Origin: an uncultured virus (IMG/VR IMGVR_UViG_3300035670_000180)
Taxonomy: Duplodnaviria > Heunggongvirae > Uroviricota > Caudoviricetes
Direction: 5' to 3' (one strand)
IMG/VR virus record: IMGVR_UViG_3300035670_000180
DNA: 64,000 bases
Shown: positions 9,832-19,787 of the stretch, piece by piece
Layout of the letters: each line of letters opens with the position of its first letter
Position numbering within the stretch: position 1 is the stretch's first letter
Program-made: the position numbers and the translations under genes
Notes under the pieces: generated by a model
Seen by the model: the letters and a program-made list of their open reading frames with translations, nothing else
Told to the model about the DNA's origin: nothing
Database searches by the model: none

Positions 9832-11667
9832 ATGGCGATCCAGTTCAATCAAATCCCGCAAGCAACGTTGCGGGTGCCGCTATTCTACGCCGAGCTTCGC
9901 GGTGCGCAGACGCCCTACGTCAGCCCGAACCGCCTGCTCTTGCTCGGGCAGATGACAACGTCCGGCACCGCCATCGAGGGCCAGCCGGTCTACGTCCAGG
10001 GCGACCCCCGCGACTACTTCGGCGACAACAGCATGCTGGCCGATATGGTCGTCGCGGCTCGCGCGAATGCGCCGTTTCAGGAAATCTGGGCGCTGCCGAT
10101 GTACGATAGCGCCGTTGGCGTTGCTGCGACCGGCTCCATCATCCTGCCGCGCGCATTGACGGCAGTCGCGGCCACCGGCTCGAACGTCACGCTGGCAGGC
10201 GGCGCCCCCAGCACCGTCGATGGTCATGCCCTCGCGGCCGGAGACTCGGTCCTCGTTTGGCAGCAGACCAATTCGACCGAGAACGGCCTCTACACCGTCA
10301 CGGCCCTCGGAACGGGCGCCAACGGCACATGGTCGCGTCACACGGACATGAATACCGCGACCGAGTTCGAGAACGCGCTCGTGGTGTCTGTTGCCAACGG
10401 CACGGCCTACGGCGGCAGCATGTTCCGGCTCTATCGCGGGGCGACCTTCACGCTCGGCACGACGCCTGCCACGTTCACCCGGACCGGGCTTGTCAGCAAG
10501 GCAACGACGATCAGCATCTGGATCGGCGATGTGCGGGTGCAGAGCATCGCGTACACGAGCGACACCGGCCCGACGTTCGCGGCCCGCTTGGCGGCTGAGA
10601 TCAACGCCACGACGATCTCGGCGGCTCGCCCGGTGACGGCTGTCGTCAATGCCCTGGATTCTCGCCAGATCGACTTGACCGCCCGCCACAAGGGCACGCC
10701 AGGAAACTCGATCTACCTCGACACCAACTACTACGGCGACGAGGGCGACACCGCTTCGGTGATCTTCACCTTCGTGCAGATGAGCGGCGGCACGGGCGAT
10801 CCCGACTTCTCGACGGCGCTGGCGAACCTCGGCGACGAGCAGTTCGACTGGATCGTCGGCCCCTACACCGACAGCGTTCTGATGGGCAACATCGATGTGC
10901 TCCTCAATGACGCGAGCGGGCGGTGGTCGCCGTATCAGCAAATCTACGGCCATTACCTCGGCGTGAAGCACGACACGATCTCAAACCTTATGACGTTCGG
11001 GGCGGGCCGCAACTCGCCCTACACGTCCGTGTTCGGCGTCTACAAGGCGGCCAGCCCGGCATGGAAGTGGGCGGGCGCGCTGGGCGGGCGCATGTCTGCG
11101 CATCTGGCCGAGCCTCCCGAGTTGTCGCGTCCGTTGCAGAGCCTGGACCTGATCGGCATCCTTCCGCCCAAGCAGGCGTCGGACCGCCCGTCGATCCAGG
11201 AGCGCAACTCGCTCTACTGGTCCGGCATCAGCTCGTACCATGTCACGGGCAAGACCAAGGTCGCATCCATCGACCGGCTCGTGACGAACTACCGCACGAA
11301 CGAGTGGGGCTCGCCCGATGCGTCCTGGCTTGATGTCGTGACGCGGGCGCAGTGCATGTATTCGATCCGCGCGTTCAAGGCGGCCCTCACCGGGCAGTTC
11401 CCGCGTGCGGCGCTGATGGATGACAATCCCGAGGGCCTGGAGGGCGTTGCCACGCCTGCCGACATTCGGGCGGTGATCGTCCACGAATACAAGCGGCAAG
11501 AGGCCCTGGCGGTTGTCGAGAACTCCGAGCTGTTCTCGTCGAGCCTGATCGTCGAGCGGTCGGCGCAGGACGCCAATCGCGTCGACATCTACCTGCCCGC
11601 CGATCTCGTGAACCAGCTGCGGATTCTGGCGGTGTCCTACGTCGCCCATCTGCAACGCGCAGCTTAA
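9832..11667 (+). CDS. Contractile tail sheath protein (Mu gpL-like)
   Basis: FNQIP...LRVPLFYAE N-terminus, RWSP..Q.YGH, LSRPLQSL, NRVDIYLPADLVNQLRI C-terminus. Confidence 0.9.
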   Translation: MAIQFNQIPQATLRVPLFYAELRGAQTPYVSPNRLLLLGQMTTSGTAIEGQPVYVQGDPRDYFGDNSMLADMVVAARANAPFQEIWALPMYDSAVGVAATGSIILPRALTAVAATGSNVTLAGGAPSTVDGHALAAGDSVLVWQQTNSTENGLYTVTALGTGANGTWSRHTDMNTATEFENALVVSVANGTAYGGSMFRLYRGATFTLGTTPATFTRTGLVSKATTISIWIGDVRVQSIAYTSDTGPTFAARLAAEINATTISAARPVTAVVNALDSRQIDLTARHKGTPGNSIYLDTNYYGDEGDTASVIFTFVQMSGGTGDPDFSTALANLGDEQFDWIVGPYTDSVLMGNIDVLLNDASGRWSPYQQIYGHYLGVKHDTISNLMTFGAGRNSPYTSVFGVYKAASPAWKWAGALGGRMSAHLAEPPELSRPLQSLDLIGILPPKQASDRPSIQERNSLYWSGISSYHVTGKTKVASIDRLVTNYRTNEWGSPDASWLDVVTRAQCMYSIRAFKAALTGQFPRAALMDDNPEGLEGVATPADIRAVIVHEYKRQEALAVVENSELFSSSLIVERSAQDANRVDIYLPADLVNQLRILAVSYVAHLQRAA

Positions 11668-11679
11668 GGAGCAAACATC

Positions 11680-12075
11680 ATGGCAGACTTGTGCTGCGCA
11701 AACTCGGGCGGGCGCGTCAGCCTCACCGTCCATACGGACGGCGGCACGCGGAAGTTATCGATCCGCGCGAATGTCACGATCATGCCGACCACGGTCGAGA
11801 CCGAGGCTTTGGCTAACAGCGACGGGTCTATGTACGTCACGACCAAGCCGGTCCCGGCAACGGTTGAGCTGTCCATCTCGGACAAGTGCGGGCTCCGCAT
11901 GGAGGACCTGCTCAACTGCTACATCGACGCGACCCTCGAGATGATCGACATGCGCCGGACCTACCTGTTCACGCGCGCCCGCATGGTCGGACGCCCGTCG
12001 ATCAAGGCCGAGGACGGCGAGATCAGCGGCGTGAAGCTCGCGTCCGCGAACGTCTCAATGATCGAGTCGATCTAA
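11680..12075 (+). CDS. Tail tube protein (Mu gpM-like)
   Basis: 131 aa directly after the sheath; RBS AAGGAG. Confidence 0.75.
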   Translation: MADLCCANSGGRVSLTVHTDGGTRKLSIRANVTIMPTTVETEALANSDGSMYVTTKPVPATVELSISDKCGLRMEDLLNCYIDATLEMIDMRRTYLFTRARMVGRPSIKAEDGEISGVKLASANVSMIESI

Positions 12076-12099
12076 GCGACGACATAAGGGGGAAATTCC

Positions 12100-12510
12100 A
12101 TGCTCAACGTGCCTCGCAGGGCTCCCGCGCCCGTGATCAATGAGGGTCCAGCCGAAACGCCAGCGCCCGCAGAACAAGCGGCAACCGTTGGCAAGGCGGC
12201 CGATGATCCCATGCTCATCAAGCTGACGCAGCCGATCCGGTCTCACCAGGGGACGCTGTATGAGCTACGGCTGCGGGAGCCCCGCGCCGCTGACTACATC
12301 GAGGTGGGCAAGGTGCCCTTCGATGTTCGCGGCGACGACGATAACCGGCGCGCGACGGTCGACTTCAAGGCGGCCTCGCAATGGGCCGCCCGGCTGACCG
12401 ATCTCGACGAAATCCTCGTCGGCCAGCTTTCCAGCCGTGATTGGCTGACGCTGGTCTCAAGGATCAACACGATCCTGCTGAGCAACATCGGCGACGACGT
12501 GGGAAACTAA
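12100..12510 (+). CDS. Tail assembly chaperone (Mu gp41/gpE-like)
   Basis: IKLTQPI...ELRLREPRAAD...LSSRDW motif; between tube and tape measure; ends in GGGAAAC. Confidence 0.8.
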   Translation: MLNVPRRAPAPVINEGPAETPAPAEQAATVGKAADDPMLIKLTQPIRSHQGTLYELRLREPRAADYIEVGKVPFDVRGDDDNRRATVDFKAASQWAARLTDLDEILVGQLSSRDWLTLVSRINTILLSNIGDDVGN

Positions 12511-12650
12511 AGCGGCTCTGCGCGACCCTGATCTACTCGTACAAGCTGCCGCCTGCCGAGGTCCTTGACGTGCCGATGTCCCGGCTATGGGTCCTCGTGG
12601 ACCTTGCTGGCATCTACGCCAAGGCACAACGCGATGCCCAGGGAGCTTGA
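12501..12650 (+). other. -1 frameshift site GGGAAAC and chaperone extension (GKLKRLCATLIYSYKLPP...)
   Basis: G-GGA-AAC at 12501-12507 just before TAA; the -1 frame is open to 12650. Confidence 0.7.
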
Positions 12651-12653
12651 CGC

Positions 12654-14987
12654 ATGGCAACGCTTGTCACGACTGCGACAATCCGGGCGCACGACGCACT
12701 GACCGGGCCGCTGCGCGCGATGGCGGCCCAGGTCCGGGCGGTCAATCAAAGCGTCAAGGCGGGCGCAGAGCGGGCCGCAGAGCATACGCGGCGCGCAGCA
12801 ACGACGGCTGCCGCTGCCGGATACGGGCTCTACAACGTCATCGAGAAGGCCCAGGAGTTCAACAAGGCCATTTTCGGCGTCGGTACGGGCCAGCTTGTCG
12901 ACGAGAAAAGTGGCAAGACCCAGGTTGAATTTGCCCGCAAGGAGATGGAGCACATGACGGAGCTCGCGCTCCGTATGGGCCGGGCGATGGGATTTTCGTC
13001 GACCAATATCGCCAAGGCAGGCGAAGTGCTCGTCAAGGCGGGCATGAAAGACGGGCTCGAGACCATGCTGAAGGCGACGGTCTCTTTGAGCAAGGCGGAC
13101 ACGGAGACGCCTGCGAACCAGATCGCGGACTACCTGCACACGCTGACAACGATCTTCGGCAAGACGGGCACGGAGCAAGGCTTCGGCGATTGGATGCGGC
13201 GGCAGGCGGACATGGTGCTGACCGCTGCCGATCAGACCAAGCTGTCCGTAGGATCGATCATGACGGGCATGCGCCAGTTCCAAACACTTGGCGCGAACCT
13301 CGGCATGAAGTTGGAGGACATGCTTCCGATGATGATGGCGGGCGCTCAAGCTGGCTTCGGCCCGTCCGAGTTCGGCACAATGGTCAAGAGTGACCTGACG
13401 CGACTGCTGAAGCGGGCAGGTCCGGCTCAAGGCATCCTGACGCGCCTCGGCATCAATATGAACGACGAGCGGTTCTCGCGCGGTACATCGTCGGTCGTAG
13501 AGGTTAATGAAGCGATAAGGAATCTGCGCAACTCGGTCCGTCAGTACGGCTCCCTCGGCGGCAAAGATGCGGCGGCGCTGGGCAGGATGATAGAGGGTGG
13601 CGCGCGAGACCCGAACAGGACGAAGGATTCGATTGTCGACGAGGTCACGGCGTACCTATCGAACAAGCTGGGCAAGACAACGGACAAGGATCGCGCAGCG
13701 ATGCGCCAAGCCGTCGAATCGTCGATCCTGGCTAAGACGGGGGACCTGAACCCGCTAGAAGTCCTCAAGGCGATGATCGAGAAGGGCGCGACGGAGGCCG
13801 ACTATGGGACGGTGTTTGAAGGCCGTCACATAGCGCGGAATGCAGCCTTGCGCCAAGCCATGATCGGCGGCGACAAGAGTCAGTTCGAGCAATGGCGCCA
13901 GCTGTTGCAGCGCATGCAAGGGCAGGGGCTAGACGCCGTCGAGACGCTTTGGAGCAAGTCCATCTTCGGCAACGTCGAGGCCATGAAGGCGTCGTTCGAG
14001 CGGATGTGGATCGCCTTGGCGAACACGAAAGTCGTCCAGCAATTCGTCAATAGCATTGAGCGTTTCGTGGACGGGCTTGGCAAGATCGATCCCGCTCTCA
14101 TCAATACGGGCATGCAGCTTGCCGGACTTGGCGTCGGCCTCATGATCGCCGGGCCGCTCCTGGCGGCTCTCGCAACGCCGCTCGGCCTGATCGCGAGCGC
14201 GGCGGTACTGGCGGCGTCGGCGTTCCCTGGCGTTCTCGACGGGCTCAAGAGCTTAGGCAAGTCCATGATGGACCTTGGCTCTCGCTTCAGTTCCGACTTC
14301 TCCGAGCTATTCGCCCAAATGAAGCAGGGCGACGAGTGGGCGAAGTTCCAAGAGAGCCTAGGCGGGATCAAGGAGGCCATGGGGTCGGCCGGTGAATCGT
14401 TCGGCGACTTCATCACAAAGGTCACAGGCATCCATACGGCATCGGAGCTTATGGGCAAGGCGGCACAGTTGGCGGTGAACGGGATCGAGATGGTCGCGGC
14501 TGCCTTCAACAAGATGTACGACTTCCTGGCCTGGATGGGTTTGGTCAAGTCTCGCGCCAGCGATCAGACGAACGAGAATGCCACGGCGGCGGGGCTTCCA
14601 TCGCTGACGGTTGTCGATGAATACCGGAAGTTCCTCGACGAGCTGAAAGGCCCGCGTTCGTCGACCAATGTCGAAGAGGAACTTCCCGGCAGACCCAAGC
14701 CGGTTCCGAAGACATCGGTGCCTTCTGTGCCGCAGGTCGAGCAGCCGGGCATGTCGCCCTTGCCGTTCGATCAAGTGGTTCCATCGGTAGACATCAAACC
14801 GGCCGTGGAGAAGGGCATGCTCCCGGTTCAAAGCGCGGCTGATGCTCTCACCAGGGCGGCGACCGCCATAGAGGCGGCGGCGGGCCGATTGCAGACTCCT
14901 GCCGTGGTCAATGGTGGAGGAGGCAGCGGTCCAGCTGCTTCGCCAGCCCCGACAACAACCAACGGGGGCGGGTATGGCCGCAAGTAG
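12654..14987 (+). CDS. Tail tape measure protein
   Basis: 777-aa Ala/Gly-rich helical protein after the chaperones, with hydrophobic segments. Confidence 0.85.
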   Translation: MATLVTTATIRAHDALTGPLRAMAAQVRAVNQSVKAGAERAAEHTRRAATTAAAAGYGLYNVIEKAQEFNKAIFGVGTGQLVDEKSGKTQVEFARKEMEHMTELALRMGRAMGFSSTNIAKAGEVLVKAGMKDGLETMLKATVSLSKADTETPANQIADYLHTLTTIFGKTGTEQGFGDWMRRQADMVLTAADQTKLSVGSIMTGMRQFQTLGANLGMKLEDMLPMMMAGAQAGFGPSEFGTMVKSDLTRLLKRAGPAQGILTRLGINMNDERFSRGTSSVVEVNEAIRNLRNSVRQYGSLGGKDAAALGRMIEGGARDPNRTKDSIVDEVTAYLSNKLGKTTDKDRAAMRQAVESSILAKTGDLNPLEVLKAMIEKGATEADYGTVFEGRHIARNAALRQAMIGGDKSQFEQWRQLLQRMQGQGLDAVETLWSKSIFGNVEAMKASFERMWIALANTKVVQQFVNSIERFVDGLGKIDPALINTGMQLAGLGVGLMIAGPLLAALATPLGLIASAAVLAASAFPGVLDGLKSLGKSMMDLGSRFSSDFSELFAQMKQGDEWAKFQESLGGIKEAMGSAGESFGDFITKVTGIHTASELMGKAAQLAVNGIEMVAAAFNKMYDFLAWMGLVKSRASDQTNENATAAGLPSLTVVDEYRKFLDELKGPRSSTNVEEELPGRPKPVPKTSVPSVPQVEQPGMSPLPFDQVVPSVDIKPAVEKGMLPVQSAADALTRAATAIEAAAGRLQTPAVVNGGGGSGPAASPAPTTTNGGGYGRK

Positions 14988-15114
14988 TGCGATTGTCGTC
15001 GGAGCGGCCTGGGCAATGCTTGGCGCCGCCATCGGCAGCCCGCTCTGGGCGATGCTCCTTGGCGGCGTGCTCGCCGGGATCGTGATCTCCGCAGCAGCCC
15101 TTATTGAGGACTGA
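14974..15114 (+). CDS. Small membrane protein
   Basis: 46-aa fully hydrophobic ORF filling the gap between tape measure and gpN. Confidence 0.45.
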   Translation: MAASSAIVVGAAWAMLGAAIGSPLWAMLLGGVLAGIVISAAALIED

Positions 15115-15117
15115 TCA

Positions 15118-16482
15118 ATGGTTTGCGCAACGGACTGGCCGAAGACGCTACGGCGCGCGTCGTTCCGGGGCGTGGCGTTCTACGTCGAGACGGACACGAT
15201 CAAGTACGGGCGCCGGGTCAAAGTGCATGAGTTCCCCCACCGGGACCGTCCATTCATCGAGGACCTGGGCGAGAAGGCCATCGGCTTCTCGGTCACGGCG
15301 TACGTCGCGAGCGATAACGCCCTGTCCGAGCAGGCGGCCCTCGTCCGGGCTTGTCGCAGGGGCGGGCCGGGCTCGCTGGTGCTGCCGTCCGATGGCGCCT
15401 TGCAGGTGGTCCCGTATGCGTGCGAGCGCGTCTTTTCCAAGGACCGCCTGGGCTACATCGCATTCTCGCTGAGCTTCCACGAGGCGGGATCGGGCTTCGG
15501 CGTCTTCACGGCGGGGCTGCTGGCGAACCTCGTCTCGGTGGCAGCCGGTGGCGTTGCGGACTACCTGCGGCAGGACTTCTTGCGCAGCTACAATACCGTG
15601 GGTGAAGTCTCATGGGTCACGGCGGCGGCTGGGCAAACGATCAAGACGTGGCTGGCAAAGGTCGACGACGCCCGGCTTAGCCTCTTGAGTTCGAGCACGG
15701 CAGGCATCACGGCAGCGCAGCAGGTCATCGGCGGGACGGCTGGCGCAACGAAGATCGGGCGCGATATCGCCCAGCAGTACGCGGTGGATACCGGCGAGAT
15801 CGCGAAGAACGTCGCGACCCTGGCCGACCTGATCCGCGACACATACGACGACGTGCCGACCCTGGTGGTGATGGGACGCGGCGTGCTCAAGATCGGAAGC
15901 GGCTCGCTCGACCTGTCCCGTGAGGACGTGTCGTCTGGAATCGTCACGAAGGCGGCCGAGATCATGACGGCGGTCCGCGAGGCCGCAGCAACGCCGCAAA
16001 TTGCCATCGAGGCGTTGTCGTCCATCGCTCTATTCGAGCCGGAGACATACAATTCGACGGAGGCGCTGGGCACGACGGCGAATGCCGAGCGGTCGAACGA
16101 GCTTGCCGTCGGGCAGCTGTTTCGTCGGCTCGCCTTGTCCGAGCTGGCCGTGGCTGCTGCAAACGCGGACTACGCCAACCGGCAAGCCGCGATCCAGATG
16201 CGGGCCGACGTGTCGGAGATGTTCGGTCGGGAGCTGGAGACGGCTTCGGGTGAGGCCTACACGGCGCTTTCGACGATCCGAGACAGGACGGCCCAGGCGA
16301 TCAGCCGCAAGGTGGCAGACATCCGCCCGTCCGTGACCATCGAGGCGAACGCGTCGGTGCCATCGCTTATCTGGGCATACCGGCTTTATGCCGACACGCC
16401 GAAGGAGGAAGCGTTGGTCGCACGCAATCGGGTGCGCCATCCCGCTTTTTTCCCGGCCTTATTCGAGGCTGACACGCCGTAA
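15118..16482 (+). CDS. Mu gpN-like DNA circularization protein
   Basis: WxxTLRRASFRGVAFYV...GRRVKVHEFPHRD...EDLG N-terminus; AYRLYAD...RNRVRHPAF C-terminus. Confidence 0.9.
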   Translation: MVCATDWPKTLRRASFRGVAFYVETDTIKYGRRVKVHEFPHRDRPFIEDLGEKAIGFSVTAYVASDNALSEQAALVRACRRGGPGSLVLPSDGALQVVPYACERVFSKDRLGYIAFSLSFHEAGSGFGVFTAGLLANLVSVAAGGVADYLRQDFLRSYNTVGEVSWVTAAAGQTIKTWLAKVDDARLSLLSSSTAGITAAQQVIGGTAGATKIGRDIAQQYAVDTGEIAKNVATLADLIRDTYDDVPTLVVMGRGVLKIGSGSLDLSREDVSSGIVTKAAEIMTAVREAAATPQIAIEALSSIALFEPETYNSTEALGTTANAERSNELAVGQLFRRLALSELAVAAANADYANRQAAIQMRADVSEMFGRELETASGEAYTALSTIRDRTAQAISRKVADIRPSVTIEANASVPSLIWAYRLYADTPKEEALVARNRVRHPAFFPALFEADTP

Positions 16483-16490
16483 GGATCGCC

Positions 16491-17549
16491 ATGCCATCGC
16501 AGGAGATCGTCGAGATTGTCGTCGGCGGCCAGCACTATCGCGGCTGGAAGTCGATGTCGGTGAGCATGAACGCCAAGAGCCCTGAGCGGACGTTTCAGAT
16601 CGTCGGCGCTCTTGCCAATCCGCCCATCGCGGCGGCGGCGCTGGCGATCAATCCGAACGATCCGTGCATCGTGACGGCCAACGGCTCGCCGCTTGTGATC
16701 GGCCGGGTGCATGACGTGGAGATCACGCTATCCCCGGACAATCATGAAATCAGGATCACCGGCAAGAGCCGTGGCGCGGACGCGGTGAAGTCGAGCGTCG
16801 ATCACAAGACGCACGAATGGAAGAACAAGACGATCCTGCAGATCGCCCAGGACGTCGATTCATCCGGCATCGGCTACACGACGGACGAGAATCTAACGCC
16901 CGTGCCGAAGTGGCGCGCGAACGTCGGCGCGACACAGATGAAGATGCTCGGCCACCTCGCGGACAAGCAGCGGTTGTTCCTCTGCGGCTCGGCGAATGGC
17001 GGGATCATCATCACGAAGCACGGCAAGCACCGGCATGGCGGCGGCATCATCGAAGGCGTCAACTTCAAGAGCGGCCAAGCCAAGTTCTCGTCGGAGGATC
17101 GCGCGGGTGAGGTGATCGTGAAGGGGCACCGGCACAAGGGCACCGGCACGCAGAACACACGCTACGAGCACCGGGAGACGGACCCTGGCGGGCGCCCCGG
17201 CACGAAGAAGGTCATCGTCCCGAAGGTCGACATGACGAAGCAGGAAGCCAAGGAGACGGCGCAGCATGCGGTGGACAATCGCTTCGGCGATAGCGTCCAG
17301 CTGTCCTGCGAGCTTCAGGGTTTTCGCGATATCGGCGGCATGGTCTGGCAGCCCGGCTGGCTGGTCTGGTGCGAGGTGCCAAGCTGCCGTCTGTCGATGG
17401 AGTTGGCGATCAGCACGATCTCGCTGCACCAAGACGAGCTTTCTCAAGGATCGATTGCCAAGCTGACACTGGTCCATCCGGCAGCCCTTGGTGGCAAGGG
17501 CGGCAAGGGTGGCGGCAAGAGCGGCGGGGGCTGGAAAGCCCCGAAATAG
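16491..17549 (+). CDS. Baseplate hub protein (Mu gpP/gp44-like)
   Basis: VGGQHYRGWKSMSV N-terminus, WQPG motif, synteny. Confidence 0.85.
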   Translation: MPSQEIVEIVVGGQHYRGWKSMSVSMNAKSPERTFQIVGALANPPIAAAALAINPNDPCIVTANGSPLVIGRVHDVEITLSPDNHEIRITGKSRGADAVKSSVDHKTHEWKNKTILQIAQDVDSSGIGYTTDENLTPVPKWRANVGATQMKMLGHLADKQRLFLCGSANGGIIITKHGKHRHGGGIIEGVNFKSGQAKFSSEDRAGEVIVKGHRHKGTGTQNTRYEHRETDPGGRPGTKKVIVPKVDMTKQEAKETAQHAVDNRFGDSVQLSCELQGFRDIGGMVWQPGWLVWCEVPSCRLSMELAISTISLHQDELSQGSIAKLTLVHPAALGGKGGKGGGKSGGGWKAPK

Positions 17550-17557
17550 GGGCGCGC

Positions 17558-18070
17558 ATGGAATACCAAGACGTCGAAGACCTGCACCAGAACGTGTCGC
17601 ACCGCGTGACGCTCGGCAAGACCGACGATAGCGGCGACCAGCAGCTGATCGACTACAAGGGCCTCGAGGGCGAGGAGCACACGGAAGTCCTTCGCGTCAT
17701 GCCTCACGGGCTCGCATCACATGCGCCAGCCAATAGCGAGGGGATCATCCTGGGGTTGGGCACGCGCGACATGCCGATTGCGCTGGGCATGGAAAGCCCG
17801 AAGCACCGGCCCAAGAACTTGCCCGAAGGCGCGACGAAGCTCTACGACACGGATGGATCGTTCGTTTACCTCGACGCGGCGGGAAATCTCTTCGCCGAGG
17901 TCAAGAAGGGCGCCACGGTCAAGGCGGGCGAGGCCGCGACGGTTGAGGCCCCGACGATCACGCTCAAGGGCAACGTCAAGATCGAGGGCACGCTGGACGT
18001 GACGGGAGCGGTCACGACCGGATCGAGCATCACATCCGCTGGCGCTCATGTCGCGTCCGCTCACGTCTGA
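17558..18070 (+). CDS. Baseplate spike/assembly protein (Mu gp45-like)
   Basis: DDSGDQQ..., PHGLASHAP, RPKNLPEGATKLYD; C-terminal His residues. Confidence 0.85.
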   Translation: MEYQDVEDLHQNVSHRVTLGKTDDSGDQQLIDYKGLEGEEHTEVLRVMPHGLASHAPANSEGIILGLGTRDMPIALGMESPKHRPKNLPEGATKLYDTDGSFVYLDAAGNLFAEVKKGATVKAGEAATVEAPTITLKGNVKIEGTLDVTGAVTTGSSITSAGAHVASAHV

Positions 18071-18081
18071 CGAGGCTTCCC

Positions 18082-18696
18082 ATGTCCTGGCGTATTCGTC
18101 TGCGGGCCGATGAGGGCTGCGAGGAGCAGCCGTTTCTGACGCCTGACCTGATCATCTACCCGGACGAGACGGGTGGCGCCTATCTGGATTTCGCGCTCGC
18201 GGAGCCCCAGGAGAGGCGGAACAATGGCGGGCTGCGGGCGCGCGAGGCGCTTCAGACTGCGGTGGTGATTCAGCTCTTCTCGGATGCCCGCGCATACGAT
18301 GACGACGTTCTGCCCGACGTCTTGGACCCCGACCGGCGCGGCTGGTTCGGCGACGGCTTCGCCCGGATCGAGGAGCAGGGGAACTACAACGTCGGCTCGC
18401 GCCTCTGGCTGCTGCGGCGGTCCATCCTGAACGATGAGACGGTCGCGCGCGCTCGGGAGATGGTCGTCGAGGCCTTGCAGCCAATCGTCGATCAGGGCGC
18501 CGTGGCCCGCTTCGATGTCGAGGTTGAAAGCAGCCATGTTCGTTCGGCCTACATCGGGGCTGAGGCTGGCATCCTGATGATCGGCGTGACGGGCTACGAC
18601 GTCAGCGGCTCGAGCACATACGCCACGAAATTCGAGGTCCTGTGGCAGCAGGTTCGCGAGATGCGCGGATCGCCGACACGCGGCTTTCATTACTGA
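18082..18696 (+). CDS. Baseplate protein (Mu gp46-like)
   Basis: LQTAVVIQLFSDARA, RRGWFGD, GSRLWLLRR motifs. Confidence 0.9.
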   Translation: MSWRIRLRADEGCEEQPFLTPDLIIYPDETGGAYLDFALAEPQERRNNGGLRAREALQTAVVIQLFSDARAYDDDVLPDVLDPDRRGWFGDGFARIEEQGNYNVGSRLWLLRRSILNDETVARAREMVVEALQPIVDQGAVARFDVEVESSHVRSAYIGAEAGILMIGVTGYDVSGSSTYATKFEVLWQQVREMRGSPTRGFHY

Positions 18697-18705
18697 GGTG
18701 CACTG

Positions 18706-19773
18706 ATGCCCTACTCTGTCCCGAGCCTTGAGGAGCTGGCTAGGCTCGCTCAAGAGCGTCACCGCGCAGAGATGCCGGGCACCGACGCATTCCTGTGGCC
18801 CAACACCGAGTTCGTGTTCATGAGAAGTGTGGCCGGCATGGTCCACATGAACATGCAGTACCTCGAGTGGATATCCCGGCAGCGGTTCGCAACGACGGCG
18901 GACGGCGACGAGCTGGACAACCACGGGCGGCCCTGGGGGCTGACGCGCAAGGCGGCGACCAAGGCGTCCGGCAATGTCGTGGTGACGGGCACGGCCCTGC
19001 AAACGATCACCGCTGGCACGCTGATGCAGCGTTCCGATGGCGTGCAGTTCGCGGTGGTCGCGGACATCACGCTCGACACGTTCGGGGCTGGCACGGGCTT
19101 GGTCGAGGCCGTTGTCGCTGGTGCGGCCGGGAATACGGCGATCAACGCGGCGATGACGCTCGTCGAGGCTGATGCGGCCATCACCGATATCGCGGTCGAT
19201 GAGATCGGCATCGGGAGCGGCGCGGACAACGAGAACGACGAATCGTATCGCGCGCGCATCCTGTTTCGCATGCGGAACCCGCCGCGAGGCGGATCGCAGT
19301 CCGACTACGTGGCCTGGGCTTGGTCCGTGGCTGGCGTCACCCGCGTTTGGGTGGACCCGCTCGCGTATGGCCCTGGGACGGTGGCGCTCTGGTTCATGTC
19401 TGACGGCTCGACGGCCAATGGCATCCCCACGGCGACACTCGTGCAGGATGTGGACGACTACATCGAGACGGTCCGGCCTGCGACGGCGCGCGTGATCGTG
19501 GCCGCCCCGCTGGCGGCGGAGATCAACATCAAGATCGCGGGGATCACGCCGAGCGAGGCGACCCAGGCGCTCATTGAGGCGGAGCTTTCCGACCTGTTTC
19601 GGCGGCGCGTCGATCCGTCGATGCCGAGCAAAGCGTTCACTTTGCGCAATTCTGCAATTTGGCAGGCTGTCGCCCGCATCACCGGTGACAGCACGCACAC
19701 GATAGCGCAGCCGTTGGATACGACGTTCGCGACTGGCTACATCCCGGTAATGGGGTCCATCTGCTACATCTGA
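18706..19773 (+). CDS. Baseplate J-like protein (Mu gp47)
   Basis: TADGDELD.HG..GLTRKAA, GADNENDESYRAR, GGSQSDYVAWA, GPGTV motifs. Confidence 0.9.
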   Translation: MPYSVPSLEELARLAQERHRAEMPGTDAFLWPNTEFVFMRSVAGMVHMNMQYLEWISRQRFATTADGDELDNHGRPWGLTRKAATKASGNVVVTGTALQTITAGTLMQRSDGVQFAVVADITLDTFGAGTGLVEAVVAGAAGNTAINAAMTLVEADAAITDIAVDEIGIGSGADNENDESYRARILFRMRNPPRGGSQSDYVAWAWSVAGVTRVWVDPLAYGPGTVALWFMSDGSTANGIPTATLVQDVDDYIETVRPATARVIVAAPLAAEINIKIAGITPSEATQALIEAELSDLFRRRVDPSMPSKAFTLRNSAIWQAVARITGDSTHTIAQPLDTTFATGYIPVMGSICYI

Positions 19774-19787
19774 AATAGGGGGCGGCG

